In this document: positions 53,190-64,000 of the stretch, one piece after another
Position numbering within the stretch: position 1 is the stretch's first letter
How the letters are laid out: each line of letters starts with the position of its first letter
DNA from: Octopus vulgaris
Taxonomy: Eukaryota
Direction: 5' to 3'
DNA: 64,000 nucleotides
NCBI GenBank assembly: GCA_951406725.2
Contig: OX597814.1
Location: 35,836,001-35,900,000 of the forward strand
The notes under the pieces: model-generated
What the model was told of the DNA's origin: nothing
What the model saw: only the letters and a program-made list of their open reading frames with translations
The model's database searches: none
Made by a program: the position numbers and the translations under genes

Positions 53190-53652
53190 TCAGTATATGT
53201 ATGTACATTCAAACACCCACACACACACACAGACGCACACATGTGCGAATGGTGATCTAGTTCAAAGAGTATATCGAAAAGTTCTTTTGTAGTTGCAAGG
53301 TTCCGTGGTACTGTACATATTAGAGAAAACAAAATTACAGTACTTTGTCGATGGAGTAGATTCTCTCAGTTTGTGACAATGCAATTTTATGATCCACAAT
53401 GCTTATATTGAAGCAGTTTTAAAAGTTTGTGAAATGAATTAGGATACTACTGAGAGACAGGAATTATTTTTGACTAAAAATGTATTACAAAGAGAAGAAT
53501 GATGTAAAAATTTGTCCATATAAGGACACTTATACATAGAAACATACACATATACAAACACTAATGTACAAACACACACTCATATATATACCAACATACA
53601 GAGACAGGCAAGCCCTAACAAACACACACGTATATGTATGTATGTATGTATG

Positions 53653-53719
<67 letters not shown>

Positions 53720-53720
<1 letters not shown>

Positions 53721-54258
53721 AGGATAAGATCGTTCATTTAAATTAAATAATGATCTTATCAAGTGGCCAGCATGGAAATAAAAACCTTCAAAGGTAATAA
53801 TTATTATCAAAATTATAACTTAGGGTATCTACAAGATACCGCCATGCTGAAAATAGCAGCCAGGATCTGACTCTAAAACCGCCTTAAGTGTTCATATAGC
53901 ACAAGGAGAGAAGACAAAAAGACAAAATAAAACTAGTAAAAAATTACTGGATAATTCCAGATCCTGGATTTCTGACTTTGCATTTAGAAATGCTTTGCCT
54001 CATCAATGGAATATATGCAGAGAGAAACATAAATACATATATATATATATATATACATATAACATACGAATACTTACATATACGAACGCATACATACATA
54101 TATATGCATGTATGCATCATGACCAGTTTAAAATGTCTGCTTCTTAATTCCATGTGTGATCTAATTAAAACATCACCGCAGTAAATACAATGACGAAATA
54201 AATTTAAATTTATATAATTAAGGATAAGATCGTTAATTTAGATTAAATAACGATCTAT
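53720..54258 (-). mobile_element. Hammerhead-bearing mini-element with about 40-bp terminal direct repeats, in (TA)n
   Basis: AAGGATAAGATCGTT.ATTTA.ATTAAATAA.GATCT at 53720 and 54220; hammerhead motif at 53954-54012 (minus). Confidence 0.7.
53954..54012 (-). ncRNA. Type I minimal hammerhead ribozyme motif (C3-to-U variant)
   Basis: Minus: auucca-UUGAUGA-ggc aaa gcauuu cu aaaugc aaa guca-GAAA-ucc a gg-AUC-uggaau. Perfect 6-bp stem I (extendable), stem II hairpin, palindromic stem III. Confidence 0.7.
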
Positions 54259-54262
54259 ATAT

Positions 54263-54472
54263 TCTTTTATACTCTTTTACTTGTTTCAGTCATTTGACTG
54301 CGGCCATGCTGGAGCACCGCCTTTAGTCGAGCAAATCGACCCTTGGACTTATTCTTTGGAAGCATAGTACTTATTCTATCGGTCTCTTTTGCCGAACCGC
54401 TAAGTGACGGGGATGTAAACACACCAGCATCGGTTGTCAAGCAATGCTAGGGAGACAAACACAGACACACAA

Positions 54473-54507
<35 letters not shown>

Positions 54508-54671
54508 CACATATACGATAGGCTTATTTCAGTTTCTGTCTACCAAATCCACTCACAAGGCATTGGTCGGCCCGGGGCTATAGTAGAAGACACTTGCCCA
54601 AGATGCCACGCAGTGGGACTGAACCATGTGGTTGGTTAGCAAGCTACTTACCACACAGCCACTCCTGCGCC
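54263..54671 (-). mobile_element. SINE family A
   Basis: Full-length young copy with a small deletion near the B box. Confidence 0.9.
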
Positions 54672-54862
54672 ATATATATACATATATGAGTAAAAAGGCC
54701 AAATGGTTAAAATTTTAACTATAAAACATAAATAAATTATTTAGAAGTTGAATGTAGGACAGAACAAAGGCAACAAATTTATAGGCTAAGGACATAGTGA
54801 GAATATGTTCTTTCTTCCTTGTACTTGAACTTACTTAATATACATTCATGCATGCCTACATA

Positions 54863-55023
54863 GGTGCAGGAGTGTATGTGTTGTAAGTAGCTTGCTTATC
54901 AACCACATGGTTCCAGGTTCAGTCCCACTGCAAGGCACCTTGGGCAAGTGTCTTCTACTATAGCCTCGGGCTGACCAAAGCCTTGTGAGTGAATTTGGTA
55001 GAGAGAAATTGAAAAAAGCCCAT

Positions 55024-55058
<35 letters not shown>

Positions 55059-55285
55059 ATGTGTGTGTATGCTTGTGTGTCTGTGTTTGTCCCCCCGACA
55101 TTGCTTGACAACTGATGTTGGCGTGTTTATCTACCTGTAACTTAGCAGTTCAGCAAAAGAGGCCAATAGAATAAGTACTAGGCTTACAACGAATAAGTCC
55201 TGGGTTGATTTGTTGAAATTCAGGCAGTGCTCTAGCATGGTCGCAGTCAAATGACTGAAACAAGCAAAGAGTATAAGAAAAAAGA
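54863..55285 (+). mobile_element. SINE family A (plus orientation)
   Basis: GGTGCAGGAGTG...GGTTCAGTCCCACTG...CAAATGACTGAAACAAG. Confidence 0.88.
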
Positions 55286-55320
55286 ATACATACATACAAA
55301 CATACATACTTTCATACATA

Positions 55321-55765
55321 CCAATCTTGAGAACTTAAGCTTTTCAAAACCAAAGAGGAGAAAGCTGATTTGAAGACTACAGATCCAATCCATCACTGGA
55401 ACAGTAAAAATCTGTAAAACTTTTCAGAAGTTTATCCTTTAAGTATATATGAGCATGTTTAGATATGCATGAGAAGATTTCAAGATTTGTTGCCAATAGA
55501 GAAAGCATCAGTTTCTAACCTAAATCAAAGGCTCCTCCATTGGAATTTCAACATCAAAAACAGGGTATTTTTGTATGTATGTATATGTGCAGATTCCTTT
55601 TTTTTTATTGTTTTATTGGCAACAAACATAGAAATCTGCACATATACATACATACAAAAATACCCTGTTTTTGATGTTGAAATTCCAATGGAGGAGCCTT
55701 TGATTTAGGTTAGAAACTGACTCTTTCTCTATTGGCAACAAATCTTGAAATAAAATTGAATAATT
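55321..55765 (+). mobile_element. 3' end of a REL-type LINE in (CATA)n with inverted-duplicated 3'UTR
   Basis: ...RLQIQSITGTVKICKTFQKFIL* resembles REL-LINE C-termini; 55477-55596 is the reverse complement of 55632-55751; (CATA)n on both sides. Confidence 0.6.
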
Positions 55766-55930
55766 ACAACCATGCATGCATACATACACACATAGTTATA
55801 CGTACATATATATATATATATATACACATAAATATATATGCACACACATGTATAATGGTACTAGGAAAAGTATCTATATTATATATCTATATCTATATCT
55901 ATCTATCTATCTATCTATATATATATATTT

Positions 55931-55961
<31 letters not shown>

Positions 55962-57009
55962 CATACATACATACATACATACATACATACATACATACAT
56001 ACATACATACATACAGTTCCATGCACATATTAAAGTCTGTATGTATGCTATTCCAGGTTATAAAATTGTGCATAGAATAATTGGTCAAATACCAAGTTAG
56101 CTGGACTTTCACATTATATTTATCATTTTACATTTTTGAATGGTGCTTTTATTCTCTACAATGAGCTTCAGGTGAATGTTCAAATAGCAACTGTATATAT
56201 GAACATGTTTAGATTGCTACACAGCAACAGTAGCTATACGTAGATAAATATTTACATAGCAACATTACCTACAATTTGTGGTAGTGTTGTATAGTTAAAG
56301 AGAGAGAATACTTACAAGCTGTACAAAAGTTTTTAATGAATATTATTTTGAAATCAAATTAAATTCATGTCAATATGACCGTCCACTCAAAACTGCTTTG
56401 AAATTCCTAATATAGTTGTTTACTTTTGCTCTTTTGTTAAATTCATTTGAATCATAAAGTTTATAAATTGAAAATATATAAGAATCGTGGCATATTTCCA
56501 ATTGATAGGGTCTTTAATTTGCTGCCATTTTATTCGTATTTGTTATGGCAATGAATTTCCAGTCTGGCCAATATATATTTTTTAGCAATTTGGGCTTTTG
56601 ACAGAATAAATCAGATTTCTTTAACTGTTCATATTTGCATTCAAAAATAGTTTTCTTCCCATCTTTGTGTTGACATAATGACCACCATGTATAATTAGCA
56701 TGTATTACAATGAAAAACACATCATTGACTCAAAGTGGAATAACAATTTTATTGATAATTTCGAGCAAATCCTGAATGGAGAGTAATGTTAATTTGAATT
56801 GAAAGATATTACAAAGACATTCTCATGAAAACTGATTTAATATTGTAAGTGTTATCTCTAACTATATAACAAAGCCATCTGGTTATACTTACTGTTGCTA
56901 GATAAACAATTACCTGAAGATTTTTGGAAAACATGGAAGTACTTGTGAAAATACGAGAATAAAAGTTTCATCTGAATATTCAGCCTAGCTGGATTTTGAT
57001 TGGCTAATA

Positions 57010-57284
57010 TATATATATATATTTGTATGTTCCTCTCACCACCATCTAACGGTGAATAGATACAATGTCTTAGATGCGTACATGCAAATATAAGCCTACC
57101 TATACATATATAATAGCACACACACGGTCATATAAACACACATACACACCCATATATACGTATAAGCTTAAAGTATACACATATATACGTTTATCCATCT
57201 ACACATATATGTCTCTATTTTCACAGACAATGGTTAAACTCTGATACTTTTTTGTATTTTACATAGACATACATATACATGTGA

Positions 57285-57337
<53 letters not shown>

Positions 57338-58672
57338 GTACATATATATATATATACACACATACTTATACGTGCATGCATATACACACTCATACATACA
57401 CACACATACTCACACACACACACATATACACACATACACATGCACATTAAAATCCACCTCCATCTACACATACATACATGCATACATACATACATACATA
57501 TTAATCTATGTACATTCATACGACTATATATAATTACATATACATTTGTATGTATGGATTTCTACATGTAAATGAAGGAATGGGATAATTATAGATGGGT
57601 CCTCCTGACTGGAATCTGTGTGTTACCCCATTCGGATTCACGGTTGTGGGTGGGTTTGTATTCCTGTATACAGACAGCCTCAGTAACTTGTCTCAGTATT
57701 GCCTCAGTGGCATGTGCAGATAGGATGCCTAACCTAAGTCTCCCTAAGGAGCTATTGTGGCAGTCTACAGCATGCTGATATAAGACGGAGTTTGGTTTAT
57801 TTTCCGTGTAGTTGTCCAAGTGTTCTTTGAACCTGACATTGATGCTCCTAGGTGTCTTACCAATATGGGACTGCAGGAGAACTGTGCTAGTCATTTCCTG
57901 GCACTTAATCTGGTATACGGCATTTTGCTTTTTGCAGTTCATATGTAGCTTTTGTAGAACATACTACACAATTATTCTGACACAGGATTTTATCAAATGG
58001 GTAAGACTTACTTAATACAGATTTGATAGTCTTACTTGTTGTTTCTACAACTTTGATTTTAGGGCCAGTTGTGTGCAGGATTTTCTTAAATGCCCTAGTT
58101 AGTTTGTTCATAGGTTTAGTGTCAACAAACAGTGCACTGTGAAACTTCTTGTTATCTTATCAGGTATTATTTCTATTTCTTTTGTTGGTGATCTTCTCCA
58201 ACCTATTCCAGAACTTCCTGTGGTATAGGAGGCATATACCATTTTCATCATCTCTTAGAATGCGTTCACGTCTTGCTTTCGTTACTTTGTACAGTTTGAT
58301 TCTATTGTACTATGTGTAACTGGAACGTTGCATTCAGAATATGTAGTGCTGGATGTGTTGTTGTCATTCTTGTGGTTGGCATAGTGGGGATACATTCCTC
58401 ATTACTCTTAGTCTGCCACGAGGATTTTGATTTTGGTAGTACTTGACATCGCTGAGTGAATACGGATTACCAGTGGATTACATATATGTAATTATATATA
58501 GTCATATGCATGTACATAGATTAATATGTATGTACATATGTGTAGATGTATGTGTATTTTAGCTTGCATGTGTATGTGTGTATGAAAGTGTATGTGTTTG
58601 TGTGAGTATGTGTGTGTTTGTATGAGTGTGTATATGCCTGTATGTAGGGGTATATATGTATACATATATATG

Positions 58673-58744
<72 letters not shown>

Positions 58745-58995
58745 TATGTAAAACAAAAAACAGTATTTGAGTTTAACCATTGTCTGTGAAAATAGAGACA
58801 TATATATGTGTAGATGGATAAACGTATACTTGTGTATACTTTAAGATTATACATCTATATGTGTGTGTGTATATGTGTTTATATGATCGTGTGTGCTTGT
58901 ACATACGTATAGGTAGGTTTATATTTGCATGTATGTATCTAAGACATTGTGTCTATTCACTGTTAGATGGTGGTGAGAGGAACATATATATATAT
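57010..58995 (-). mobile_element. 5'-truncated Penelope-like element (Naiad-like) with about 500-bp inverted flanks
   Basis: Minus 58475-57575: HSAMS.TTKIKIL..LRVMRNVSPL...DDENGICLLY...SALFV...KIKVVE...KSYPF..C...C..C..NC.KQNAVYQIKC...HIGKTPRS...RFKEH...LRQVTEAVCI..EWGN (RT thumb plus GIY-YIG). 57010-57560 is mirrored by 58475-58995. Confidence 0.85.
57589..57942 (-). pseudogene. GIY-YIG endonuclease domain of the Penelope-like element
   Basis: AVY...HIG.T.R...R..EH...E...I...N catalytic pattern; frameshifted from upstream ORF 57905-58111. Confidence 0.85.
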
Positions 58996-59436
58996 ATACA
59001 ATATTTGACAGAGTAACAGTCACATATACAACTTGAACAGACACACATATCAGTACATAAATATAAATTTACATGTACATACACATATACACACATGCTG
59101 ACACATCTACACACTTACATACCTAAACCTACACATATATATGTACATACATAAACACATATATATCATGAACTAACTGTTAGTTTCTTAGATGCAGCAC
59201 AAAGTTTTGTCAGTGAACAGGTTGTGGTTTCAAAGCAATGAAAATATTTTGACTCTTATTAAATTTAAATGTTGAAGTGAATCTAATGGTTTTTTTGTGT
59301 GTTCTTAAATGGCTTATAACCATCTTCCACATTGCAATCGTGTGTGTATGTGTATATATATATATATATACATAAAATTACATAAAATTACATAAAATTA
59401 CATATATATACATAAAATATATATATACATAAAATT

Positions 59437-59675
59437 ACACCAATCCGACCATGGCCGTTGCCAGCCTTGCCTGGCACCTGTGCAGGTGGCACGTAAAAAG
59501 CACCCACTACACTCACGGAGTGGTTGGCGTTAGGAAGGGCATCCAGCTGTAGAAACACTGCCAGATAAGACTGGAGCCTGGTGCAGCCTTCTGGCTTCCC
59601 AGATCCCCGGTCGAACCGTCCAACCCATACTAGCATGGAGAACGGACGTTAAACGATGATGATGATGATGATGAT
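59437..59675 (+). mobile_element. RTE-type 3'UTR copy
   Basis: Near-identical to 42870-43112, (TGA)n tail. Confidence 0.88.
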
Positions 59676-60084
59676 ACTCTTTTACTCTTTTAATTGTTTC
59701 AGTCATTTGACTGCTGCCATGCTGGAGCACTGCCTTTAGTCAAAAGCAAATCGAACCCAGGACTTATTTTTGGAAGCCTAGTACTTATTCTACTGGTCTC
59801 TTTTGCCGAACCGCTAAGTTACAGGAACATAAACACACCACCATCGGTTGTCAAGCGATGTTGGTGGGACAAACACAGACACACAAACATATACACACAC
59901 ATACATATATATACATATATTCGATGGGCTTCTTTCAGATTCTGTCAACCAAATCCACTCACAAGGCTTTGGTCGGCCTGAGGCTATAGTAGAAGACACT
60001 TGCCCAAGGTGCCACGCAGTAGCAATGAACCCGGAACCATGTGGCTGGTAAGCAAGCTACTTACCACACAGCCACTCCTGTGCC
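59676..60084 (-). mobile_element. SINE family A
   Basis: Full-length; tail-to-tail with the preceding RTE end. Confidence 0.9.
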
Positions 60085-60981
60085 TATACATATATATATA
60101 TATACACACACATACATACATACATACATACACACATATATATGCACACACACGCACACACACACATACATATAAACTCAAAGAAAGATGTCTTCATACA
60201 AATTATACAGATAACTAGAGAAAATATTTATTACATAGTTATTATGCCTTAAGAATGAAATCTCTGCTTTAATTCAAAAGAAAATCGTTAGACGATAATA
60301 ACATTTTAGCGTGAAAGGTACAGTAGAATGTTATTTCAAAAATATTTCAGACAATTCCAAAACATCTTTAATATATTTGAAAAACATCAGATATTAATAT
60401 TCTATAATAACATAGTAAGATGTTACACAGCCATTGACAGTTAACATTTAATAGATAAAAAGAGCACACAGATGTCAATGATTTAAAACTGCTGGGTGTC
60501 TGCTTGTTGTTGCTTATCGAAATATAAAGCTTAACCATCTCAGTCTTTTGTAACTGAATCGATCTCCCAAATAAGAATTTTAAAATGTGTTTTCCTGTTT
60601 GGAATCTTAGTACTTTCTGTTGAACCATTCAGGTAAATTTTTTTTTTAATGCATGATTGGTCTCAAGTCTAAAAATGCTCAACAAGAAAAGCAATATATG
60701 TATATACTTGATCAAGTTTTCCAAGGAGACTTATATCCAAAGTCAATTTGATACAGATTGTACAAATGACATTAGAGCAATGTTTATAGCAAAGAGCAAC
60801 TCATCCATAAAAATAGACGAGATGGCAAGCTTTCTATGTTGAAAAGCAACAACTAATAGACAAGTAAATACAATATTTTGGTTTTAAATCAAAGACATGT
60901 TACCTTTATAAATCTGTAACTAGTATCATTTGAAAAAGATTATTTGCACATTTTCTGGGTGTTAAATTCAGAAAGATGAGT

Positions 60982-61280
60982 TGTTCCTTCTTGAGCCACA
61001 CCTGGCTCATAAGGGCCGGTTTCCCAGTTTCCTTGGCGTATAGGTTCCCCACCTGAATGGGACGCCGGTCCGTCACAGGTAAGCTGCAAGATGCGGGAGG
61101 AACGAGTGAGAGAAAGTTGTGGTGAAAGTGTCAGCAGAAGTTTGCCATTACCTTCTGCCGGAGCCGTGTGGAGCTTAGGTGTTTCACACATAAACACACA
61201 CATCGCCCAGTCTGAGATTCGAACCCACGATCCCTCAACCGCAAATCTGCTGCTCTAACCACTAGGCCATGTGCCTCCAC
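60982..61280 (-). mobile_element. tRNA-derived SINE family D (tail 2) with 13-bp TSD
   Basis: Head GTGGAGGCACATGGCCTAGTGGTTAGAGC...GGTTCGAATC; CAGAAAGATGAGT at 60969-60981 and 61280-61292. Confidence 0.88.
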
Positions 61281-61689
61281 AGAAAGATGAGTAATCCTTT
61301 CAAACATGGTTTAAATAACAGAATAATATGAGCATCCATTATATTACAGCTATCTTCAGAGACTCAGATAAATTTTAACAGTTTAAAGAACACATTTTTC
61401 ATAGCCAAGTCTACTTCACAGTATTTTAGCTAAGATCAAAGAATACTTAACAATGTTGAAAAGCTATAATCTCGAAATGTACATACATATGTGTGTTGGT
61501 GTGTATACAAGTGTTTGTGCATATTACTTTAAACACAGAGTATGAGGGGAAATTTCTCCTTGTGAATATTTGTGTTAAATCGCATAAATTTTCTTGGCTT
61601 ACAGTGATCAACCATCCATCCATCTGCCCACCCATATATATTCACTGCCTCATCTAGCTATCAACACCAACTTAGCCTGCTTCAACACT

Positions 61690-62433
61690 AAAAGCAAACC
61701 AGCCACCTCCATTACCCACCTATCAACATCATCGAAATTACAATAAAGATAATGACAGAAGACAAAGTGGTACCCTGATGCATTTCAAAAGACTTTAATC
61801 TTTGGTCAATCAGCACTGACTTAAGATTAAACAGTAAAAACACTAAAATTAGCAAGAATAATAAAACTGTGACTGATGAAACTTGCAGTGTTGATACAAA
61901 GGTTTCTACGAATTCTGTGCAGCTTAAGTAAATGATTTCTGAAGGGAAATATACACCAGAGAATCTATACAATTTGGGTGATATTGCAATTTTCTGGAAG
62001 TTTATGCCTGATAGAACTATTATTTATTGAGAAGAATCAACACTAGGATTTATAGCTGCCAAAACCCATCTCTAACCCTTTCTCTTGAAGGAAATGTTGT
62101 TGCTGATTTAAAAGTACTTGTGTAATACTTGCGTACTACCCTGAAATTCCAAGGACTTGTTTGCAAGAGTTATGCAAAGTTTAACATATCCCTGAATTGA
62201 TGTTCAAACAAGACTATATATGACTGGAAGTCTTTTTGAAGAGTGGTTTACAAACATTTATTTCCAAATAGGTGCAGGAGTGGCTGTGTAGTAAGTAGCT
62301 TGCCTACCAACCACATGGTTCTGGGTTCAGTCCCACTGTGTAGCACTTTGGGCAAGTGTCTTCTCCTATAGCCTCAGGCTGACCAAAGCCTTGTGAGTGA
62401 ATTTGGTAGATGGAATTTGAAAGAAGTTCGTCA

Positions 62434-62464
<31 letters not shown>

Positions 62465-62910
62465 GTATATGTGTGTGCATATGTTTGTGTGTCTGTGTTT
62501 GTCCCCCCAACATCACTTGACAACCGATGGGGGTGTGCTTATGTCCCCATAACCTTGTGATTTGGCAAAAGAGACCAATAGAATAAGTACTATGCTTCCA
62601 AAGAATAAGTCTCAGGGTTGATTTGCTTGACTAAAGGCGGTGCTTCAGCATGGCCACAGTCAAATAACTGAAACAAGTAAAGGAGTAAAAGAATAAATGC
62701 TACAGTGTTAGACATAGCATTTCTAACAAAGCATTACCATTTTTAGACAATGCACCAAGTCACCTAATGAATGAATTCTCAGATAATTTGAGAGTAGAAT
62801 ATATCCTCAAGAATACAACATCTTTGCTCCAGTCTATTGATGATATCAAATTTTAAGATATATATCATCTGAGAAGAACTTTCAAATAATTTATGAAAGT
62901 AATTGACTAG
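61690..62910 (+). mobile_element. Decayed Tigger/pogo DDE transposase
   Basis: ISEGKYTPENLYN...WKFMPDRT, LLEGNVVAD, MTGSLFEEWF, LDNAPSH (62743), KNTTSLLQSIDD; interrupted by SINE A. Confidence 0.8.
62270..62694 (+). mobile_element. SINE family A (plus orientation)
   Basis: Full-length copy. Confidence 0.9.
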
Positions 62911-63013
62911 GGGAAATGTTGTTGCTGATTTAAAAATACTTGTGTAATACTTGCGTACTATCCTGAAATTCCAAGGACTTGTTTGTAAGAGTTATGCAAA
63001 GTTTAACATATCC

Positions 63014-63172
63014 CTGACAAAAATCCGTGATGGATTTTTGTCAGTGAACAGGTCGCGGATTTTAGCGACGAAAATATTTTGACAAATTAAACTTAAATGT
63101 TGAAGTGAATCGAACGGCTTTTGTGTGTTTCTTAAATGGCTTACAAACACCTACCACGCTGCAATTGTTATT
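63014..63172 (+). repeat. Unclassified dispersed repeat beginning with a 13-bp perfect hairpin; second copy at 59204-59340
   Basis: CTGACAAAAATCC-GTGAT-GGATTTTTGTCAG, then TGAACAGG...AAATGTTGAAGTGAATC...CTTAAATGGCTTA. Confidence 0.7.
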
Positions 63173-63214
63173 GTACTATGTATGTTTAGAAATTACTTGC
63201 TTTAATTGTTTTCT

Positions 63215-63965
63215 TTTATTTCCTTTTCTTTTTCTTGTTTCAGTCATTAGATTGTACCTTGAAGCATTTCTAGGTGAATGAATCAACCCAAGTCCATCTT
63301 TTAAACCTGGCAATTATTCTATTGATCTTTTTTACCAAACCACTACGTTACATGGACATAAACACACCAATACCAGTTGTCAAGCAGTGGCGGGGGACAA
63401 ACACAGACACACATGCACACAGACACACATGCACACATACACACTCACACATGATGATGATCATCATCATCATTGTTTAACGTCCGCTTTTCATGCTCGC
63501 ATGGGTTGGACGATTTGACTGAGGTCTGGCAAACCAGATGGCTGCACCAGACTCCAATCTGATCTGGCAGAGCTTCTACTGCTGGATGCCCTTCCTAATG
63601 CCAACAACTCCGAGAATGTAATGGGTGCTTTTACATGCTACTGACATGAGGGCCAATCAGGCGGTACTGGCAACGGCCATACTCAAATGGTGCTTTTTAT
63701 GTGCCACCAGCACAGGAGCCAGTCCAGCGGCACTGGCAACGACCTTGCTCGAATGTTTTTTCGCGTGCCACTAACACAAGTGCCAGTAAGATGACGCAGG
63801 TAACATATATGATGGGTTTCTTTCAGTTTCATCTACCAAACCCACATTCAGGGCTTTGGTCAGCCCGAGGCTATAGTAGAAAATGCTTGCCCAAGCTGCC
63901 ATGCAGTGGAATTGAACCTGGAACCATGTGGTTGGTAAACAAGCTTCTTACCTCACAGCCACGCA
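63215..63965 (-). mobile_element. Old SINE family A copy with an RTE 3'UTR (63452-63805, minus) inserted in its central microsatellite
   Basis: The A halves flank a (CAT)n-tailed RTE segment. Confidence 0.8.
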
Positions 63966-64000
63966 TTGCAATTTTTATTCCAAAAAAATTTCGTTGGAAC

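Noticed and set aside
55680-55730. Hammerhead-like CCAATGGAGG...TAGAAACTGACTC in the hairpin arm
   Set aside because: Lacks the CUGAnGA core; better explained as a LINE 3'UTR.
58140-58400. In-frame TGA codons in the Naiad-like ORF as possible selenocysteine
   Set aside because: They appear to fall at Trp/Arg-type positions alongside TAA/TAG stops and frameshifts, consistent with decay.

Overview
AT-rich eukaryotic DNA dominated by repeats, with no confidently identifiable host exon, so probably a large intron or intergenic region. The SINE/LINE repertoire and dense (TA)n/(CA)n/(CATA)n tracts suggest an octopus (coleoid cephalopod) genome; this is an inference. The window holds more than 25 tRNA-derived SINE copies of at least 4 families, RTE/BovB-type LINE 3' ends, a stack of three decayed R4/Dong-type restriction-like-endonuclease (REL) LINEs at (TAA)n, HERO/NeSL-like and jockey/CR1-like LINE relics, three mariner relics, a Tigger/pogo relic, TTAA-flanked MITEs, and a Naiad-like Penelope (GIY-YIG) fragment with long inverted flanks. 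The most interesting signal is a set of short non-coding elements sitting in microsatellites, each carrying a minimal type I hammerhead-ribozyme motif (28724-28810 minus, 41934-42022 plus, 53954-54012 minus, and a 3' half at 27744). In one of them an inverted duplicate begins exactly at the predicted ribozyme cleavage site. Most ORFs in the supplied track are microsatellite or SINE artefacts. Repeat boundaries are approximate.
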